Of a stretch of DNA of 64,000 bases, positions 49,938 through 60,826 are shown piece after piece. The translations under genes were made by a program, and so were the position numbers. Location: assembly GCA_965249485.1 (NCBI GenBank), contig OZ252239.1, positions 3,552,001-3,616,000 of the forward strand, written 5' to 3'. The DNA comes from a bacterium (GTDB taxonomy: Bacteria > SM23-31). The stretch's first letter is position 1; every line of letters starts with the position of its first letter. The notes below the pieces were generated by a model, which was not told the origin of the DNA, did not search any database, and was given only the letters and a program-made list of their open reading frames with translations.

Positions 49938-50804
49938 TTACCAACCGAAGGACAGCAATATCAACCCAATTCCACATCCATACAATAAATTGAAAATTTT
50001 TATTTTGATACTGTCATTCACAGAGAAACCGAGGAGAGGAAGCAGGCCGTGCCCGTCCTGAACAATTGAGTTCGTGATAATGACAGAAAATGGAATAATG
50101 CCTTCAGCAAATAATGTAATTAATATAATATTGGGTCCGGATAGAGGCACAATTCCGATAAGACCAGCTAATAGGAGTACAATTATAGTTCTATCGGTCA
50201 AATATTTTTCGATATTGAAAGCGTTCTGTAATAGAGAAATAATAATTATGCTGCCTAAAATCCATATAAAGATTTTCAAGACATGTTTTTTAAATATATG
50301 TCTCCAGGTGTGGACTGTAAAAAAGTGCTTCCAGTGTATCGACTGAGTATCAAATCCGTTATGGAGTTCGATCAGACATTTTTCACTGACAGTAATCCCA
50401 AATAACCGGACGATTTTATCAGCGACTAAACCGCCAACAATTCCCGCTACAAAAAGTAGTCCGAATAATGAGAAAACAAAAGAAAGAGATAGAGAGTTTT
50501 CAGGCCGAATAGCGAGCGACAAAAGATAAAATGCTTCATCTCCGATTGTTGCTACCATAGTGGCAACAATACTGCCGAATCCGACGATTCCCGCCATATA
50601 GAATGAGTCCATTATAAAAGTACCAGCACATCCTGGCAGCAACCCCATAAATGATGAGACAATGTATTTTAAAGAATTTTCTTCGCTGAAATATTTTCTG
50701 ATGAATTGGGAAAATTTCAGTTCAAGAAGTTCAACTGCAATCATCATAAAGAATATCAAAAAAGTAATCTGCAGCGTTTCGGTAAGAATTTCAACAAGGT
50801 TCAT
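49938..50804 (-). CDS. Putative manganese transporter (DUF2899-like membrane protein)
   Basis: GLLPGCAG, ATIGDEAF, NSIVQDGHGLLPLL. Confidence 0.8.
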   Translation of the reverse strand: MNLVEILTETLQITFLIFFMMIAVELLELKFSQFIRKYFSEENSLKYIVSSFMGLLPGCAGTFIMDSFYMAGIVGFGSIVATMVATIGDEAFYLLSLAIRPENSLSLSFVFSLFGLLFVAGIVGGLVADKIVRLFGITVSEKCLIELHNGFDTQSIHWKHFFTVHTWRHIFKKHVLKIFIWILGSIIIISLLQNAFNIEKYLTDRTIIVLLLAGLIGIVPLSGPNIILITLFAEGIIPFSVIITNSIVQDGHGLLPLLGFSVNDSIKIKIFNLLYGCGIGLILLSFGW

Positions 50805-50974
50805 CTTCGCATCATTTCATCAATAATTCTGTCTAACAGTATCCCACATGGCGAATTCATTAGAATTATTTGAATGTGAGCTCACTTCCTATATTTATAC
50901 TAGAAAATTCAACTCACAATCTGAACAACTATTTTATCAAGCATATTACCAAAATAAACTGTAACAAGTCGGTT

Positions 50975-52312
50975 TTACTCACGGATAAGGTCTTCTTCGG
51001 ATATGAGAACATAATTGCCGGAGCGGTCATGGTCGGCGAAAATGAAAATCTTTCTGATTTTATAATATGTCCAGATAATCTGGGGAATACTCCTGTCAGT
51101 TGTCCTGAATGTGTTGCTTGCCGAAGTATCTTCACCGCGGTCGGGTTGGCCGTAGAAACAGTATATCCTTCCCCTGTCGGACTTCCATCCCTGAGTACCC
51201 ATATAACTAAAGTTCTCGTTTGCATGATCGACACGCTTAAAGTATTCTTCTGTTAATTCATTCCGCTCTGTATTTGGAGTTGGATCACGCTTTTGCCAGA
51301 ATAAGTCAAAGAATTCCTCTTTTTCCTCAAATGTCATACTATCAATAAAAGAATTATTGTCTTCTGAAAGAATCCATGACATCTGTTCAAGCGCCTCCTC
51401 TGCATTATAGAAGGCTTTTGGAATATTGACCCAGTTTATCTTCATTCTATGACTTATTTCGTTTTTCTTTCCATTGGGATGTTGAACATCACCTCTGAAA
51501 ATATATGATCCGCTCGGGAACGATTTTCCGGTAAAATTTAAGATTACTTCACGAACTGGCCCGGTAAGAAATGTAACTATGTTAGTTTCGCTTTGAAGCA
51601 CATTAGAATCATTCCGGAAATCGGAAATCTGCCAGGTAAATTCGACAGATTGGGAATCCACACTAAAAATCTGTACATATAAAGAAAATCCTTCAATGTA
51701 ATCGATGTCAACGGTGTTATTCATCAAGAATAACTGGTCAAGCAGTGAATCGCTTTGCAGAATCAAGCCTTTAGCAAATACAAGATCGCTCAAACCAACA
51801 TCATTTGTCCAGTAAGAGCGGATTATTTTTGAATCCTCTTTCTGATTTGTCGTATTGAGATCGGTATCGGTCATCTGAACCATAAATTTATAGGATCCCG
51901 GCTTCAGAATAAAATCGACATACTCGAGAACATAATGTGCTTCACTGATCGTTTCATCAAATGAATTGTATTTTATTTCCTGTGTCCAGATACGTGATCC
52001 AGCCACATCGTCATTATTGTCAAAAACATCGATTGATATTTCATAACGTGCAAAAAATGTATCATCTGCTTTCAAAAAGCGAAGAGCATCATTTCGTACA
52101 AATATGAGCACCCGGGCAGTTCCCATATTCGTTGAATCTGATGGTAAATTCAATACTGTAACATCAAATTGATCCTGAATCTCTACAGATTCATCACCTT
52201 GAGCCGCAGCGGATCCGGGGATAAGCAGCAGAAACAGCACACAATATAGTGTTATTAATATAGATGTGCTTTTGTATTGAAAATAAACCATCATTAATAG
52301 ATTGTTTTCCAA
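50975..52312 (-). CDS. GWxTD domain-containing protein
   Basis: FWQKRDPTPNTERNE..EEYFKRV..AN..F...GWKSDRGRIY..YG.PD. Confidence 0.9.
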   Translation of the reverse strand: MENNLLMMVYFQYKSTSILITLYCVLFLLLIPGSAAAQGDESVEIQDQFDVTVLNLPSDSTNMGTARVLIFVRNDALRFLKADDTFFARYEISIDVFDNNDDVAGSRIWTQEIKYNSFDETISEAHYVLEYVDFILKPGSYKFMVQMTDTDLNTTNQKEDSKIIRSYWTNDVGLSDLVFAKGLILQSDSLLDQLFLMNNTVDIDYIEGFSLYVQIFSVDSQSVEFTWQISDFRNDSNVLQSETNIVTFLTGPVREVILNFTGKSFPSGSYIFRGDVQHPNGKKNEISHRMKINWVNIPKAFYNAEEALEQMSWILSEDNNSFIDSMTFEEKEEFFDLFWQKRDPTPNTERNELTEEYFKRVDHANENFSYMGTQGWKSDRGRIYCFYGQPDRGEDTSASNTFRTTDRSIPQIIWTYYKIRKIFIFADHDRSGNYVLISEEDLIRE

Positions 52313-52521
52313 GAAGGCAAGGATAAAATTAGGTAGAATCTTTAAAAAAGATAAACAAAAATCCTAAAATTTCATAAGAAAATATTTATTGCTTGAAGAA
52401 ATGATGATGGTTACATTAAATCCAATTAGAAAAGCAATAAATTGTCAACAATAAAACATACTGAATATATGTTAAAGTTCCACCCTGGGAATCCGGTATC
52501 TATATTTCGGTTATACTTCGT

Positions 52522-53490
52522 ATGAAGAGCGATACATATTTTGGATGCATTGATATCGGCGGCACAAAGGTGCGATTAGGACTGGTTAGCCGTGACGGTC
52601 AGGTAATAACTCGAAGAATGTTCCTGACACCTGAAGAGAAAAAATGGGAACTTGTCCTCAATGAGGTCACCGATAGGTTTGTCATAATGCTGGATGAGTT
52701 TGGTACGTCCTTCGATTCAATTTGTGGTGTTGGTGTCGGCTGTCCCGGAACGTTCGATAGCAGAAGAGAATGCATTAGCTTTGCACCAAATCTGCAATGG
52801 AGAAATGTACCGATAAAACGTTATTTAAATTCAAAATTTCCTGTGCCGGTTTGGCTCGAGAACGACACTAATTTGTCAACATTAGGAGTTTCTACTTTCG
52901 GTGAAGGTTCTTCCTCCAACATCCTAATCGGAATTTTTATCGGTACCGGAATCGGAGGCGGACTGATCTTAGAGAATAAATTATTTACCGGTGCTACCGG
53001 CGGAGCGGGAGAAATTGGCCATATGGTCGTTCAAGAAAACGGCCCACTTTGCTACTGCGGCAGCAAAGGATGCATTGAAGCGATTGCGAGTACTCGTACA
53101 CTTTATGATAGAGTGTCTGCCGTAATTTCACAGCATCATGAAGAATCAGGTTTCCATGCGTTTACCAAAAATGATAATAAAAGTTCGGCACTAAAAGACA
53201 TTTACATGTCGGGTGATCCCGAAGCGGTACAGATTATTGATGATGCTTTTACTGTTCTTGGCAGCGGGCTTGTCTCATTGATTAACGTGATCAATCCGGA
53301 CATGATAGTTTTTGGTGGTGGTCTGGCGGAGGCTCTCGGTGATATTATTGTTGAGCGGACATCCGAGGTTGTACGTGCTCAGGCTATGCCAGGAACATTC
53401 GAAGAGGTCTCCATTCTTTGCACAAAACTGGGTGAAGATGCGCCAATTCTCGGTGCTGCTGCACTCGTTTCAACCAAACTTGAAAATTGA
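52522..53490 (+). CDS. ROK family sugar kinase (glucokinase-like)
   Basis: DIGGTK, LENDTN, GTGIGGG, AGEIGH, CYCGSKGCIE. Confidence 0.93.
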   Translation: MKSDTYFGCIDIGGTKVRLGLVSRDGQVITRRMFLTPEEKKWELVLNEVTDRFVIMLDEFGTSFDSICGVGVGCPGTFDSRRECISFAPNLQWRNVPIKRYLNSKFPVPVWLENDTNLSTLGVSTFGEGSSSNILIGIFIGTGIGGGLILENKLFTGATGGAGEIGHMVVQENGPLCYCGSKGCIEAIASTRTLYDRVSAVISQHHEESGFHAFTKNDNKSSALKDIYMSGDPEAVQIIDDAFTVLGSGLVSLINVINPDMIVFGGGLAEALGDIIVERTSEVVRAQAMPGTFEEVSILCTKLGEDAPILGAAALVSTKLEN

Positions 53491-53622
53491 TTGAACTGCA
53501 ACTTTTTTCAAATTGAAGGGTATATTCAAAAGATAATACTATAATATTCAAACACCCATATAGTAGTTAGAATAGAACTGAAATAAATCTTTTTAGTTTT
53601 AGAACTAAGATAATAAAATTTT

Positions 53623-55212
53623 ATGAATTTTTTGCATAAACAAAATACGTGTCTATATCTCGTCTTCGGACTGGTGGGCTTCTTTTTTTATCCAGTAACT
53701 CCTGGAATAGCTCAGCAAACAATAAAATCGATCATGCATACTAATCCCGCACGTGAGGGATATGTCAGGGGTATTCCAGGAATAGGCAGCTATAGTGGTG
53801 ATACATTTGTCCCACTTGAACAATTGGCTTCTCTTTTCGACATTTCGTTGCGGAAGGATGAGCAAATGAAAAAAGTAATGCTGACCGTCGAAGGTGTCAA
53901 CGTTACGGTTGCTGTCGACAATCCTTTTGTTTATGTCGGTAATCAACTTTTTCAAATGCCTCTTGAGGTGCGGGAATTCCGCTCTGAAATCTTTGTGCCT
54001 GTCCGTGAATTTACAACCCTTCTCGACCGGCAGTTACCGGGATCATATACCTATAGCCCGGATTTACGGCTTCTTGAAATTGGATACAACGATGTTATAA
54101 ATATTACCGACTTATATGTTGAAGAAAAAACAAATGGTTCTCTTGTCCATATCGGTACGAGAAAACAATTCAACGAAAACCTGAATTATTGGTTCGATGA
54201 GATCAAGTATAACTTAACGGTCGAATTTTATACCGGAAAACTCGACACCCTGGTCATGACCGATACGGAAACCAGGGGACTTGTACTACGTAACACTGCT
54301 GTTCAGCATCCTGAAATTGCCTCCATCACTTTCAGGCTATCGAGATATGTCGATGACATCAATGTTACGCAAAATCCTCAGAATAACGAAGTATTAGTCA
54401 GCCTATTAAGAAGAGCTTCCGACATATCAATTGATGATTACACCGCTGAACTCGATGAATTTGTCAATACAAATATTGAAGATATTGTCGCAAAAGACCG
54501 TGAAGCTTGGAGTGTTAATACTATTGTTATCGATCCTGGACATGGTGGCAAGGATCCGGGGACAATAAATGATAGCGGTCTCTACGAAAAGGATATCGTT
54601 CTCGATATCGCACGATTTCTCGGTAATCTGATACGAAAAAGCAATCTTGTTGAGAATGTAGTCTATACGAGAACATCGGATGAGTTTGTTTCGCTCAAGA
54701 AACGATCGGAAATTGCGAACAATTCCAGCGGGAAATTGTTTATCAGCATTCACATAAACGCAAATAAAAGCAAATCTGTGCATGGTTTTGAGACTTATTT
54801 CCTGCACCCTGGGAAGAATCAGGATGCACTTGACGTTCTTGAAGTAGTACAGCGGGAAAACAACGTCATCGATCTTTATGAAAGCAGTGATCCCAACCGT
54901 GCATTCACTGAAGAAGAAATGATGATCCTATCAATGACACAAAATGCATTTGCAAAAGAAAGCGAGCAGCTTGCAACATTTATTTCAAACGGCATCGGAA
55001 GGAAAGTTAATTGGACCAACAAGGGTGTAAAGCAGGCCGGATTCGTTGTTCTTTGGGGAGTCTCGATGCCGAATGTTCTGGTCGAGGCCGGATTCATCAC
55101 AAATGATCAGAATCGACGCGACCTCCAATCACTAACGGTGAAGCATCGTATCGCTGAAGGTATTTTTGAAGGAATTCGCAGATTTATCGAAGAAATGCGG
55201 AGCGAAGATTAG
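53623..55212 (+). CDS. N-acetylmuramoyl-L-alanine amidase (Amidase_3)
   Basis: IDPGHGGKDPG, EKD, FISIHINA, GFETY, PNVLVEAGFITN. Confidence 0.95.
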   Translation: MNFLHKQNTCLYLVFGLVGFFFYPVTPGIAQQTIKSIMHTNPAREGYVRGIPGIGSYSGDTFVPLEQLASLFDISLRKDEQMKKVMLTVEGVNVTVAVDNPFVYVGNQLFQMPLEVREFRSEIFVPVREFTTLLDRQLPGSYTYSPDLRLLEIGYNDVINITDLYVEEKTNGSLVHIGTRKQFNENLNYWFDEIKYNLTVEFYTGKLDTLVMTDTETRGLVLRNTAVQHPEIASITFRLSRYVDDINVTQNPQNNEVLVSLLRRASDISIDDYTAELDEFVNTNIEDIVAKDREAWSVNTIVIDPGHGGKDPGTINDSGLYEKDIVLDIARFLGNLIRKSNLVENVVYTRTSDEFVSLKKRSEIANNSSGKLFISIHINANKSKSVHGFETYFLHPGKNQDALDVLEVVQRENNVIDLYESSDPNRAFTEEEMMILSMTQNAFAKESEQLATFISNGIGRKVNWTNKGVKQAGFVVLWGVSMPNVLVEAGFITNDQNRRDLQSLTVKHRIAEGIFEGIRRFIEEMRSED

Positions 55213-55366
55213 TACTTCACATTCATTGGGATTATATAAAATCAATCTTACTATGATTTGAACACTCAACGCTTTTCTATTGTATCAACAGCAGAACAAT
55301 TTTACTTCATTAATCCTTCTTATACATTATTATTGTGTCAGCCTCTAACCTCTCAGGAGACTCATT

Positions 55367-58300
55367 ATGAATCGTATTGCAACCACTGTTTTTTTCGCCG
55401 TTCTTCTTTTTACGGCGACCTCGATCATTGACAGCAATTTTGTAAGTGAAAGTTTTGCTCAGGCAAGAACAGAGAATGATGCGATAGAATCCGATCACTT
55501 GTCCAAATTAATGGAATGGCGTAATATAGGGCCGGCACGGGGTGGCAGAGTGCTCGGTGTTGCAGGGTCGGTAACGAATGAAAATCTCTTTTTCATGGGT
55601 ACTACTGGCGGCGGTGTGTGGAAAACAACCAATGCCGGAAAAACGTGGAAATCGATTGGAAAATCAATAAAAGTCGGATCGATCGGGGATATTGATATTG
55701 CCCAATCCGATTCAAACATTGTCTATGTTGGAACTGGAGAAGGGTGCATTAGAGGAAATGTCAGTCACGGCGACGGTGTGTATAAATCGGTTAATGGTGG
55801 TACTACCTGGGAACATATCGGACTGTCTGAAAGCCGCCATATAGGGAGATTGATGATTCATCCTGAAAATCCGGATATAGTTTTTGTTGCTGCATTGGGA
55901 CATGTTTATGCTCCGCCTGACGGCGACCGCGGTGAACACGGTCTCTTTAAAACAACCGACGGTGGCAAAACGTGGAGAAATGTCCTGCCCGGTACAAATA
56001 ACCGGACCGGCGCAATCGACATCGACATAAATTTCAGTAACCCGGATATCATGTTTGCATCGCTCTATGAAACGTTCAGAAATTCATACACGATGTCTTC
56101 GGGCGGATCAGGTTCCGGACTCTATAAGACTGTTGACGGTGGTGAAAACTGGATAAAAGTGACCGGAGGCGGATTCCCCGGCGGCCTGCTCGGCAAAATC
56201 GGTATATCGATTTCACAGTCCGAGCCCGATCGTATTTATGCAATGGTCGAGTCAGAAGTCGGCGGTATGTACCGGTCCGATGATGGCGGTGAAACCTGGT
56301 TATTAACCAATAATGATCGGGATAAACGGCAGCGTGCCTGGTATTATACACATGTAACTGCCGATCCTCTCAACAAAGATGTGGTCTATGTTCTCAATAC
56401 AAGAATTCTGAAATCGGAAGACGGTGGTGAAACATTTACGATGCACAGGCCGCCTCATGGTGATTTACATGCACTCTGGATCGATCCGAATGACAGCAAC
56501 AGGATGATCAACGGTAACGATGGTGGTGCAAATGTTTCTACTGACGGGGGCAAGACATGGACTGGTCTACAGTATCCAACCGCTCAGTTTTATCATGTAT
56601 TAACCGATGATGATTATCCTTATAACGTTTATGGCGCTCAGCAGGATAATAGCACAATCAAGATTTCGAGTGCAAGTACCCTCAGTGATTTTAGCTGGCA
56701 CTCTGTCGGCGGCGGTGAAAGCGGGCATATTGCCCCCCATCCATTGGATTCCGACATCGTGTTTGCAGGTAGTTACGACGGCCTGATTACACGTTATGAC
56801 CATAAAACCAAGACAACTCGAAATATTCACCCCTGGCCGGATAATCCTATGGGATGGGGCGCAGCAGATCTCAAATACCGGATTCAATGGACGGCGCCGA
56901 TCCATATATCGAAACACGATCCGACAAAACTATATCATGCCGGTAATGTACTGTTCATGTCGACCGATGAAGGAGAAAGCTGGAACATTATCAGCCCTGA
57001 TCTGACACGAAATGACAAGAGCAAACAGGGGCCATCAGGTGGATCGATCACACACGATAACACAAGTGTCGAATATTACAATACAATATTTTCTCTTTCT
57101 GAATCGCCGATGCGAGAAGGTGTAATCTGGGCTGGGACTGATGACGGCCTTGTGCACCTTACTCTCAATGGCGGGGAAACATGGACTGAAATAACGCCGC
57201 CTCAGATGCCGGAATGGAGTCTGATATCGAGCGTTGAAGCCTCAGCTTTCGACATCGGAACCGCATATATCGCTGTTGACAGGCATGAACTCGATGATTA
57301 TGAGGCATATGCGTATAAGACAACCGATTTCGGGGAAACATGGACTGAAATTAATAACGGATTCCGGGAAAACGATTTTCTCAGGGTCATCCGGGAAGAT
57401 CCCAATAAAAATGGCGTGCTCTATGCAGGAACTGAAACTGGCATTTATTATTCAATTGACAGCGGTACAAACTGGACGAGTCTTCAACTAAATCTTCCTG
57501 TTGTTCCGGTGCATGACCTTTCCGTGAAACGGAACGACCTTGTAGCTGGGACGCATGGGCGATCATTCTGGATTCTTGACGATCTCAAGGTCATTCATCA
57601 GCTCATAGATAATGACGTGCAAAATGGAATCCTTTTGAAACCTGATGACACTATCCGCTGGGCTGGACGGGGAGGAAACAACATTACGTTTCAATATTAT
57701 CTTGATTCTAAACCCCGTGATACTATCTCACTTGAAATTCTGGAAGAGGACGGAGACATCATAAAAACAATAGAAAGCGGTCAGGACGGAGTAAGTCTTC
57801 CCGATTCTCTCGGCTGGAACAGTTTTGAATGGGACTTACGGTATGCAGATACCGATACAGTGCCCGGACATCCGATGTGGGCAGCGACAACTCGGGGACC
57901 AGTAGCAGTTCCGGGAAACTACTTGGCTCGTCTTAACACTCGGAGAACGAATGAAGAGATTACATTCAAAATTTCAATTGACCCGCGAATGGACTCAACT
58001 CCCCAGCAGCTTCAGCGGCAGTTTGATCTTCTAATACAGATACGCGACAAAGTCACACTCGCACATAGCTCCGTTAATCAGCTGCGTAGTATCATTGAAG
58101 CCCTGAATAAAATGAAAGAAAAGACCGATAGCCGAAGTCTCAGGAATAGAATTGATGATATTTTTAATACATTAAGCGAGATCGAGGCAAATATACTGCA
58201 AGTAAAATCTAAAAGTCGACAGGATCCGTTGAACTTTCCGGTAAAGGTCAATAATAAACTGGCTGCCCTGTCGAATACTGTTTCAGCTTCATATTACGCT

Positions 58301-58462
58301 CCTACAAAACAATCGTACGAAGTTTTTCACATGCTGTCTGTTGAACTTGACGGATATATTGAACAATACAATGCTGTTATATCGGATGATATTCCGGAGC
58401 TTAACGAACGTGCACAGCGAGAAAATGTTGCGCCGATCGACATTGATATGCTGGAAAAATAA
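55367..58462 (+). CDS. BNR/VPS10 (sortilin-like) beta-propeller glycosyl hydrolase-like protein
   Basis: WRNIGPARGGR and many S/TxDGGxTW Asp-box repeats; signal peptide. Confidence 0.9.
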   Translation: MNRIATTVFFAVLLFTATSIIDSNFVSESFAQARTENDAIESDHLSKLMEWRNIGPARGGRVLGVAGSVTNENLFFMGTTGGGVWKTTNAGKTWKSIGKSIKVGSIGDIDIAQSDSNIVYVGTGEGCIRGNVSHGDGVYKSVNGGTTWEHIGLSESRHIGRLMIHPENPDIVFVAALGHVYAPPDGDRGEHGLFKTTDGGKTWRNVLPGTNNRTGAIDIDINFSNPDIMFASLYETFRNSYTMSSGGSGSGLYKTVDGGENWIKVTGGGFPGGLLGKIGISISQSEPDRIYAMVESEVGGMYRSDDGGETWLLTNNDRDKRQRAWYYTHVTADPLNKDVVYVLNTRILKSEDGGETFTMHRPPHGDLHALWIDPNDSNRMINGNDGGANVSTDGGKTWTGLQYPTAQFYHVLTDDDYPYNVYGAQQDNSTIKISSASTLSDFSWHSVGGGESGHIAPHPLDSDIVFAGSYDGLITRYDHKTKTTRNIHPWPDNPMGWGAADLKYRIQWTAPIHISKHDPTKLYHAGNVLFMSTDEGESWNIISPDLTRNDKSKQGPSGGSITHDNTSVEYYNTIFSLSESPMREGVIWAGTDDGLVHLTLNGGETWTEITPPQMPEWSLISSVEASAFDIGTAYIAVDRHELDDYEAYAYKTTDFGETWTEINNGFRENDFLRVIREDPNKNGVLYAGTETGIYYSIDSGTNWTSLQLNLPVVPVHDLSVKRNDLVAGTHGRSFWILDDLKVIHQLIDNDVQNGILLKPDDTIRWAGRGGNNITFQYYLDSKPRDTISLEILEEDGDIIKTIESGQDGVSLPDSLGWNSFEWDLRYADTDTVPGHPMWAATTRGPVAVPGNYLARLNTRRTNEEITFKISIDPRMDSTPQQLQRQFDLLIQIRDKVTLAHSSVNQLRSIIEALNKMKEKTDSRSLRNRIDDIFNTLSEIEANILQVKSKSRQDPLNFPVKVNNKLAALSNTVSASYYAPTKQSYEVFHMLSVELDGYIEQYNAVISDDIPELNERAQRENVAPIDIDMLEK

Positions 58463-58525
58463 TTGAATGATTTTGTGGAATTATTGTATTGGTAAATATG
58501 TTACTATTTTCTTGCCGGAGGATAC

Positions 58526-59680
58526 ATGAATAAATCATTATATAGATTACTTTTATGTGCATTTTCAATATTACTTCTTGCATTTTCATTACCTGCACAT
58601 GCACAGATCTTTAATCCGTTCAGCGGACGGCCGGGTATGCAGCTTGACCGGCTTACATTGCCGGAAGGATTTCAGATTGACATCTATGCCGAGGGTGTCC
58701 GCGGTGCACGTTCTATGGCATTGAGTCCTGACGGTGTGCTCTATGTTGGCTCCCGCCGTGACATGCTCTATGCTATTGTCGACAGAGATAAAGATTTTAA
58801 AGCTGATGAAGTGATTATTATTGCCGATGGTCTAACCAGCCCAAACGGAGTTGAATTTATTGAGGGCAATCTTTATGTAGCGGAGCGGCACCGTATCATT
58901 CGATATGATGATATAGAAAGTAGATTAGACGATCCACCTACTCCCGTTGTTCTGAATCAGGAGTTTCCTAACCATCGACATCACGGCTGGAAATATCTCA
59001 GACTCGGCCCCGATAATAAACTCTATTTTAACAACGGCGCCCCGTGCAATGTCTGCGAACCGGAAGATCTTTTTGCCTCAATTTTGAGAATGGATAGAGA
59101 CGGAAGTAATCTGGAAGTATTTGTTCACGGTGTACGGGAATCGGTTGGAATGGACTGGGACCCCCGTACCGACGATCTCTGGTTTACCGATAACGGAAGA
59201 GATGAACTCGGTGACGAAATTCCACCAGAAGAATTGAACCATGCGCCAAGCCAAGGACTTCATTTCGGATTCCCATATTTTTTCGGGAAGGATGTCGTTG
59301 ACCCCGAATTCGGACATAAACGTGACATAAGTGAGTTTCAGCCGACAATGGTGGAAATCCCCGCACATTCCGCGGCTATCGGTATGCGGTTCTACACAGG
59401 AGATATGTTCCCGGAAAAATACCGGAACGGTATCTTCATTGCGGAGCACGGATCATGGAATAGAAGTCCTGCCGTTGATTATAATGGTTACAGAGTATCA
59501 TTTGTTACTATTGAGAATAATAAAGTGGTAAATTATGAGCCGTTTGTTGAAGGCTGGCTGCTCGATGATGGTCGGAAACGATTCGGACGACCGGTTGATG
59601 TTCGGGTGATGCTCGACGGTTCACTGCTTGTTTCTGATGATTTTGCAGGTGTTATATATCGTATCTCATATAATCCTTAA
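58526..59680 (+). CDS. PQQ-dependent sugar / sorbosone dehydrogenase family
   Basis: HHGWK, GAPCNVC, LWFTDNGRD, AEHGSWNRS, GRPVDV, LLVSDD. Confidence 0.92.
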   Translation: MNKSLYRLLLCAFSILLLAFSLPAHAQIFNPFSGRPGMQLDRLTLPEGFQIDIYAEGVRGARSMALSPDGVLYVGSRRDMLYAIVDRDKDFKADEVIIIADGLTSPNGVEFIEGNLYVAERHRIIRYDDIESRLDDPPTPVVLNQEFPNHRHHGWKYLRLGPDNKLYFNNGAPCNVCEPEDLFASILRMDRDGSNLEVFVHGVRESVGMDWDPRTDDLWFTDNGRDELGDEIPPEELNHAPSQGLHFGFPYFFGKDVVDPEFGHKRDISEFQPTMVEIPAHSAAIGMRFYTGDMFPEKYRNGIFIAEHGSWNRSPAVDYNGYRVSFVTIENNKVVNYEPFVEGWLLDDGRKRFGRPVDVRVMLDGSLLVSDDFAGVIYRISYNP

Positions 59681-59794
59681 ATGAGATTTTTATTTTACTG
59701 TATCAAACAATAATTGAATACTATCATATAAAAGGATGGGCTGCAACAGCCTGTCCTTTTTATATTGAATAGCTTGCACAATACATTATCGGTT

Positions 59795-60665
59795 CTATTT
59801 CCGAGAAGATTTCGCATTAAGAAATGAAGTGATATCAGAGTGACATAATATTCCCCGTTCAGTAATGACCTGAATTTCTTCCGAGATGGGAATTGCTTCA
59901 AAATATCTGTTTTTAATTCTAATATGTTCTGATTTCGTAGAAAGAATTTCACCGGGAGGCTGCTCATCAACTGTAAGTGGGTAGAATTTCTGAGCAAGAA
60001 TCTTGTCGGTTGTGGCAGCAACATAGACCGGAATATTCTGTTTCAATGCAAGGTAGACAAGGAGTGCTGATCCAATCGGTACCGAGAATGAGACACTGTG
60101 CAGCTGCGAGGTAATGGTACAGTTGCACATCGATCACCAGCGTAACCGGTATCTTTTTACGTGCCAGTGCTTTTGCAAATCGGATTCCTTCTTTGTTTGG
60201 ACGTGCTTCAGAAAGAATTACTGAAAACGGTATGTTAAGGTTTTGCGCTTCAAGGAAAAGCATTTCTACAGAACAGCTTCTGCTATAGGTCACGATTTTC
60301 ATATTAGGGAAAATAATACCGGATGCTTTCTCTCCAAGATAGGTAAGATTGCGTTGAGCTTCTCTGTTTTCACGGGTGATAATTTTCAAAAGCTGCTCTC
60401 GTATTACTTCTGTTTCCTGATTCTTGAAATCAATTTGTTCGATAGTTCTGCAAGTCCGTTGATACGCTATTCGCAATGAAGCCATAAACGGCTGTGCATC
60501 GATTATATCCTTCCATAAAATATGGTAGTCACGGATCAGAATTTCTCTATCCTGTGTATCGGTTTTTTTCAGGTATGTAGCTACTGTTTTGAGACTTTCT
60601 GAGGTCAGTTCGGCAGCACCCGATAAGTGGTCATGTGCGATGTCACTCGGAGTTTTGTATTTCAT
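59795..60665 (-). CDS. eIF-2B alpha/beta/delta family protein, disrupted near 60072
   Basis: SGA, AQPFMAS, TYSRS, EARPNKEG, LGTDWI; C-terminus (IPVYVAA..DK, NRYFEAIP, VITERG) is in another frame. Confidence 0.85.
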
Positions 60666-60826
60666 GTCCGTCTATTGTGTCTGATGCCTGTTGTGCATAC
60701 GTTTATAGCCCAACGTAATAATACAATTGAATAGAGCAGCACTTTTCCTTTGTCGATAGGAAAGAAATTCGTTACTTTTTAATATATTATTAACAATAAA
60801 TAATAACTTTCTCCAAATATTAATGT

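Noticed and set aside
55600..57480. Recurring GG.AAAC.TGG-like nucleotide repeats as a possible repeat array
   Set aside because: They encode the Asp-box (SxDGGxTW) repeats of the BNR protein and are not CRISPR-like.
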